Notes under the pieces: model-generated
What the model saw: the letters and a program-made list of their open reading frames with translations, nothing else
Database searches by the model: none
What the model was told of the DNA's origin: nothing
Part shown: one piece after another, positions 60,599 to 64,000 of the stretch
Layout of the letters: every line of letters begins with the position of its first letter
Numbering within the stretch: position 1 is the stretch's first letter
Made by a program: the position numbers and the translations under genes
Assembly (NCBI GenBank): GCA_943356775.1
Contig: CALRFU010000001.1
Span: 7,203 to 71,202 of the forward strand
Direction of reading: 5' to 3'
DNA: 64,000 nucleotides
DNA from: Candidatus Nomurabacteria bacterium
GTDB taxonomy: Bacteria > Patescibacteriota > Minisyncoccia > Phycocordibacterales > UBA2100

Positions 60599-61906
60599 TT
60601 GTGCAACAGAGAGAAAGGTACTATGCTCAGAAAAATGAAGTACGATATCCGCTCACTAAAAAATGGTCTCCGCGTCGTACTCGTCCCTATGCCACAGACC
60701 GCGACTGCAACCGTCGTCGTGATGACCGGCACGGGCTCCAGATATGAGAATGAAAAGGAGAATGGTCTGGCGCACTTCCTCGAGCACATGTTTTTCAAGG
60801 GTACAAAGAAGCGTGGGAGCGCACGCGCTATCAGCGAAGAGCTCGACGCGGTCGGTAGTATCTACAACGCTTTCACCGCAAAAGACCGCACTGCGTATTA
60901 TGCCAAGGTGAGCGGTCGTTACGTCGATACCGCACTTGATGTGATAAGCGACATATTTCTCAACTCCACTTTGCCCGGCAAAGAGATAACAAAAGAACGC
61001 GGCGCCATCATTCAAGAGATCGACATGTACGAGGATATGCCCATGCACACGATAGACAACGTTTTCGATGCACTTATCTTTGGGCAAGAACATCCGCTCG
61101 GTCGCACGATACTCGGGCCCAAAGAAAACATCCGCGCATTTTCACGTACGGACTTCTCCGCCTACCTTAAGCGAAATTACGTCCCCGCAAACACAGTCGT
61201 TTGTATCGCTGGTGCTTTCAATTCGTCAAAAGTGTTCGCCAAGATACAAAAAGAGTTCGGGCGAGTGAAAAAGGCGGAAGCACCGGGACTCATTCCCTTT
61301 ACCACGACTCAAGATACTCCTCGTGTCTCTATAAAAGAGAAGGCAACGGACCAGACACAGCTCATGCTTGGCGTGCCTGCCTATCCGTATTTGCATAAAG
61401 ATGAGTATACGCTCTCCGTACTTGCAACTATTCTTGGCGGTGGCATGAGCAGCAGGCTATTTATGGAAGTCCGCGAGAAGCGCGGCCTCGCGTACTCGGT
61501 ACACGCATCGGTAGACAAGTATCCCGACACGGGCTCTTTCGTTGTCCAGGCGGGCGTAGAGCATGGGAAACTCGAAAAAGCGGTGGAGACGATTCTTGCC
61601 GAATTTCGCAAAATAAAGCGTACAAAAGTCTCCAAAACAGAGCTAGAAAAAGCAAAGTCATACATGAAAGGTACAATGACGCTCGCGCTCGAAACGAGCG
61701 ATGCGGTAGCTCAGCATGCGAGCACTTCACTCATAGCCCTCGGCCGCGTACGCCCTCTTGAGGATGTCATCAAGGCGATAGACAAAGTTACTGTGGCTGA
61801 CATTCAGCGAGTGGCAAAAGACATCCTTCAGACCAACAAACTCAATCTAGCCATTATCGGCCCGCATTTGCATAAAGACAAACTGCTACATCTCCTACAT
61901 ATATAA
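60599..61906 (+). CDS. M16-family zinc peptidase (insulinase/pitrilysin-like)
   Basis: Inverted zinc motif HFLEHMFFKGT with a downstream Glu. Confidence 0.8.
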   Translation: MCNREKGTMLRKMKYDIRSLKNGLRVVLVPMPQTATATVVVMTGTGSRYENEKENGLAHFLEHMFFKGTKKRGSARAISEELDAVGSIYNAFTAKDRTAYYAKVSGRYVDTALDVISDIFLNSTLPGKEITKERGAIIQEIDMYEDMPMHTIDNVFDALIFGQEHPLGRTILGPKENIRAFSRTDFSAYLKRNYVPANTVVCIAGAFNSSKVFAKIQKEFGRVKKAEAPGLIPFTTTQDTPRVSIKEKATDQTQLMLGVPAYPYLHKDEYTLSVLATILGGGMSSRLFMEVREKRGLAYSVHASVDKYPDTGSFVVQAGVEHGKLEKAVETILAEFRKIKRTKVSKTELEKAKSYMKGTMTLALETSDAVAQHASTSLIALGRVRPLEDVIKAIDKVTVADIQRVAKDILQTNKLNLAIIGPHLHKDKLLHLLHI

Positions 61907-61948
61907 GGGGTTACAACCAACCAATTGTTTTTTGTTGTGCTCTACACC

Positions 61949-61963
61949 GCAGGTTAAACCTAC
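61949..61963 (+). repeat. Palindromic hairpin GCAGGTTAAACCTAC (5' flank of HUH gene)
   Basis: Near-palindrome. It is related to the 3' flank palindrome in inverted orientation (CAGCTGTAGGTTTAACCTGCGG versus CAGCCGCAGGTTTAACCTGCTGG). Confidence 0.6.
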
Positions 61964-61981
61964 AGCTGAAAGAGCGCTATA

Positions 61982-62668
61982 ATGCTGGGCATGGCGACAC
62001 GTATTCCCTGTTCAACCGACGAGTGGTACCACTGCTACAACAGAGGAGTGGATAAGCGCAGCGTCTTTCGGCACAAACAAGACTACGAGCGCTTTCTTGC
62101 TTTACTCTACACAAGCAACGGAAGTAACACGGACGCGATATCCAATCGCTTCAACCTCGACTTGCGCTCTATCTTGACCGAAAAGGACGATCGCGGAGAT
62201 GCGCTCGTGGATATTGCTGTCTACTGCCTGATGCCAAGCCACGTACATCTTGTATTGAAGCAGTTGGTCGACGGCGGGATAGCGAAGTTCATGCAAAAAG
62301 TGTTTACCGCATACACGATGTATTTCAACTCACGGAGCGATCGTACAGGAGCGCTCTTCGCTGGTACCTACAAAGCCAAGCACATCGACGACGACAGGTA
62401 TCTCAAATGCGCAATTCCTTACGTTCTGCTCAACCCCATAGAAATATTCCAGCCAAAATGGAAGGAGGGGGTTCGAGACTTTGTCGCCGCAAAAAAACAA
62501 CTTCTCGAATACGAGTTTTCTAGTGCAGCGTCCTTCGCGGGCGGAAAGAGTATGACAACCAAAATTACAGGAACCGCAATCCGAGATTATTACGACAAGC
62601 TACCCACCCTCGATCAGATGCTAAAAGACGCTACTGAATATCATAAGGAATATCGTCCAGATTATTAG
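61982..62668 (+). CDS. HUH (Y1) transposase-like protein, IS200/RAYT (COG1943) family
   Basis: YHCYNRG near the N-terminus, the HUH motif CLMPSHVHLVL, the Tyr region MQKVFTAYTMYFNSR, and GALFAGTYKAKHIDDDRYLKCAIPYVLLNP. Confidence 0.65.
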   Translation: MLGMATRIPCSTDEWYHCYNRGVDKRSVFRHKQDYERFLALLYTSNGSNTDAISNRFNLDLRSILTEKDDRGDALVDIAVYCLMPSHVHLVLKQLVDGGIAKFMQKVFTAYTMYFNSRSDRTGALFAGTYKAKHIDDDRYLKCAIPYVLLNPIEIFQPKWKEGVRDFVAAKKQLLEYEFSSAASFAGGKSMTTKITGTAIRDYYDKLPTLDQMLKDATEYHKEYRPDY

Positions 62669-62682
62669 CCATATTCCAGCCG

Positions 62683-62697
62683 CAGGTTTAACCTGCT
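62683..62697 (+). repeat. Perfect palindrome GCAGGTTTAACCTGC (3' flank of HUH gene)
   Basis: 15-nt perfect hairpin 15 nt after the HUH gene stop. Confidence 0.7.
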
Positions 62698-62712
62698 GGC
62701 TTACTGCGGGAT

Positions 62713-63456
62713 TCAGAGCCAGTTGATGGGTTTTTTGTTGTGGGCGATGAGATAGGCGTCGGTCTTACTAAAAGGTTTGGAGCCGAAGAAACCGCCGTAG
62801 GCCGAGAATGGTGACGGGTGCGCGGATTCGATGACGAGGTGTTTTGTGCGGTCTATGTAGGCACCTTTGGCTTTGGCATAGTTGCCCCAGAGGATGAATA
62901 CGAGATTTTTGCGCTTTTCGGAGAGCTTACGGATGACCGCGTCGGTGAATTCTTCCCATCCTTTGCCCTGATGTGAGCCAGCTGTTCGCGCTCGCACGGT
63001 GAGTGTTGCGTTGAGAAGTAATACGCCCTGCTTCGCCCAACGTTCCAAATCCCCCTCCTTCGCCAAGGCTTCGAAGGGCGCGCCCGTATCAGCAGAAAGT
63101 TCTTTAAAAATATTTTGAAGGGATGGGGGTAGCGGCACTCCTTCACTCACCGCAAAGCAGAGGCCGTTGGCTTGCCGTGGACCGTGATACGGGTCTTGGC
63201 CTAGGATGACGACTTGTACTTTGCCGAATGGTGTCAGTCCGAAAGCGCGGAAGATATGCTTCGGTGCGGGGTACACGATAGCGTGTTGGTTCTCGCCTTT
63301 TACAAATTTCCGTAGTGCCTTGAAATACTCTAGCCCCAACTCCCCCTTGAGCACCTCTTTCCACGAAGCCTCTATCTTTACATCATCCGGCTCAACCATG
63401 CCGAACAGTATATAATCCTTCAATGAAAGCGTCCTGTTTTGGGACTGATCCCACAT
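62713..63456 (-). CDS. ung: Uracil-DNA glycosylase, family 1
   Basis: GQDPYHGPRQANGLCFAV (water-activating loop) and a C-terminal HPSPFSA. Confidence 0.9.
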   Translation of the reverse strand: MWDQSQNRTLSLKDYILFGMVEPDDVKIEASWKEVLKGELGLEYFKALRKFVKGENQHAIVYPAPKHIFRAFGLTPFGKVQVVILGQDPYHGPRQANGLCFAVSEGVPLPPSLQNIFKELSADTGAPFEALAKEGDLERWAKQGVLLLNATLTVRARTAGSHQGKGWEEFTDAVIRKLSEKRKNLVFILWGNYAKAKGAYIDRTKHLVIESAHPSPFSAYGGFFGSKPFSKTDAYLIAHNKKPINWL

Positions 63457-63588
63457 AGAGACCGGGAAAGGAGCTTATCGGCTCGCACAAGACTTCGTAT
63501 CTCATCGTTGGCGGAGGCATAGGAGGAACATTCGTCGCCACTTCCTTCTCAAAGCGGGAATAAAAGGCATCACGATAGCCGAGAGATT

Positions 63589-63831
63589 TTGCGTTTTATC
63601 AAAAAATTCCTGAAGGATACATTCGGGCCTCACTTGCGCATCGAGTACGCTTGGTCTGCCGCCTACGCGCTCTCCAAGCAATTATTGCCCATCGTACATG
63701 TCAGAATGAATGGAGGAGTGGTAGCGGGCGCAGGCACGCAGCTTACTACCATCGCCGGCGCTTTTCTCCTCGTTAGTACGTTGCTCAACAAGCCGCACTA
63801 CCGTAGCCCCCTCTTTGAGGTACGCAAGTAA
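63589..63831 (+). CDS. Small hypothetical ORF (80 aa)
   Basis: The only ORF in a 400-nt gap. It is followed by a strong terminator but has no recognisable motif. Confidence 0.25.
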   Translation: MRFIKKFLKDTFGPHLRIEYAWSAAYALSKQLLPIVHVRMNGGVVAGAGTQLTTIAGAFLLVSTLLNKPHYRSPLFEVRK

Positions 63832-63849
63832 CGTGTTTGACAGTAACGG

Positions 63850-63882
63850 GCCCCGCGCAGCGTCGCGGGGCTGGATGTTTTT
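63850..63882 (+). terminator. Rho-independent terminator
   Basis: GCCCCGCG-cagcgt-CGCGGGGC, followed by TGGATGTTTTT. Confidence 0.55.
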
Positions 63883-63895
63883 AAATAATTTCGTT

Positions 63896-64000
<105 letters not shown>

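Larger units (their letters stand above)
61940..62705 (+). mobile_element. Candidate IS200/IS605-like or REP/RAYT unit (HUH gene plus flanking hairpins)
   Basis: A single HUH gene is bracketed by GCAGGTT(T)AACCTGC-type palindromes at 61949..61963 and 62683..62697. Confidence 0.4.

Overview
This 64-kb window comes from a compact, gene-dense bacterial genome of about 55-58% GC. Its gene content and protein architectures suggest a reduced-genome, CPR/Patescibacteria-like lineage. That placement is an inference from features such as a short AlaRS without the C-Ala domain, a 467-aa AspRS, a 128-aa ATP synthase delta subunit, no hrcA, and a partial dcw cluster.

Gene content by position:
- 1-3.8 kb: a sugar-phosphate module (P-loop kinase, LacD-like aldolase, RpiB/LacAB isomerase, HAD phosphatase, alpha/beta hydrolase).
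- 3.8-11.7 kb: a complete F1Fo ATP synthase operon, atpBEFHAG-[insert]-DC.
- 11.7-15.1 kb: two paralogous secreted proteins, then an RNHCP zinc-ribbon protein and a Gly/Asp-rich membrane protein.
- 16-24.6 kb: a P-type cation ATPase, ychF, a membrane protein and leuS.
- 24.6-31.5 kb: cysS, a Kef-type antiporter, a C-terminal processing protease, L9, L27, a DEDD exonuclease and a NUDIX hydrolase.
- 31.7-47 kb, minus strand: M23 peptidase, gltX, murG-ftsW-mraY, a D-Ala-D-Ala carboxypeptidase, scpBA, aspS, trpS, a histidine kinase and an ALDH/LuxC-like protein.
- 47.8-55.8 kb, minus strand: dnaJ-dnaK-grpE, then rpsI-rplM and rplQ-rpoA-rpsD-rpsK-rpsM-rpmJ-infA.
- 55.9-64 kb: an FtsA/PilM-like ATPase with a membrane partner, alaS, an M16 peptidase, an HUH transposase-like gene, ung and a partial asd-like gene.

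The three most unusual observations, all readable directly from the sequence:
1. leuS is 1135 aa. It carries two foreign hydrolase domains inserted into the synthetase: an RBBP9/YdeN-type alpha/beta serine hydrolase and a NUDIX domain.
2. The atp operon carries recombination scars. The last 47 nt of atpG are duplicated exactly. The second copy is fused in frame to the first 17 nt (14-nt identical core) of atpD, giving a 20-codon chimeric mini-ORF. These repeats bracket a roughly 1 kb cargo of two unknown genes, with rdgB sitting between the second copy and atpD.
3. A 5'-truncated, diverged copy of atpC lies between two tandem paralogous secreted-protein genes just downstream of the real atpC.

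An IS200/RAYT-like HUH gene flanked by GCAGGTT(T)AACCTGC palindromes, a candidate structured ncRNA and several intergenic hairpins are also reported.
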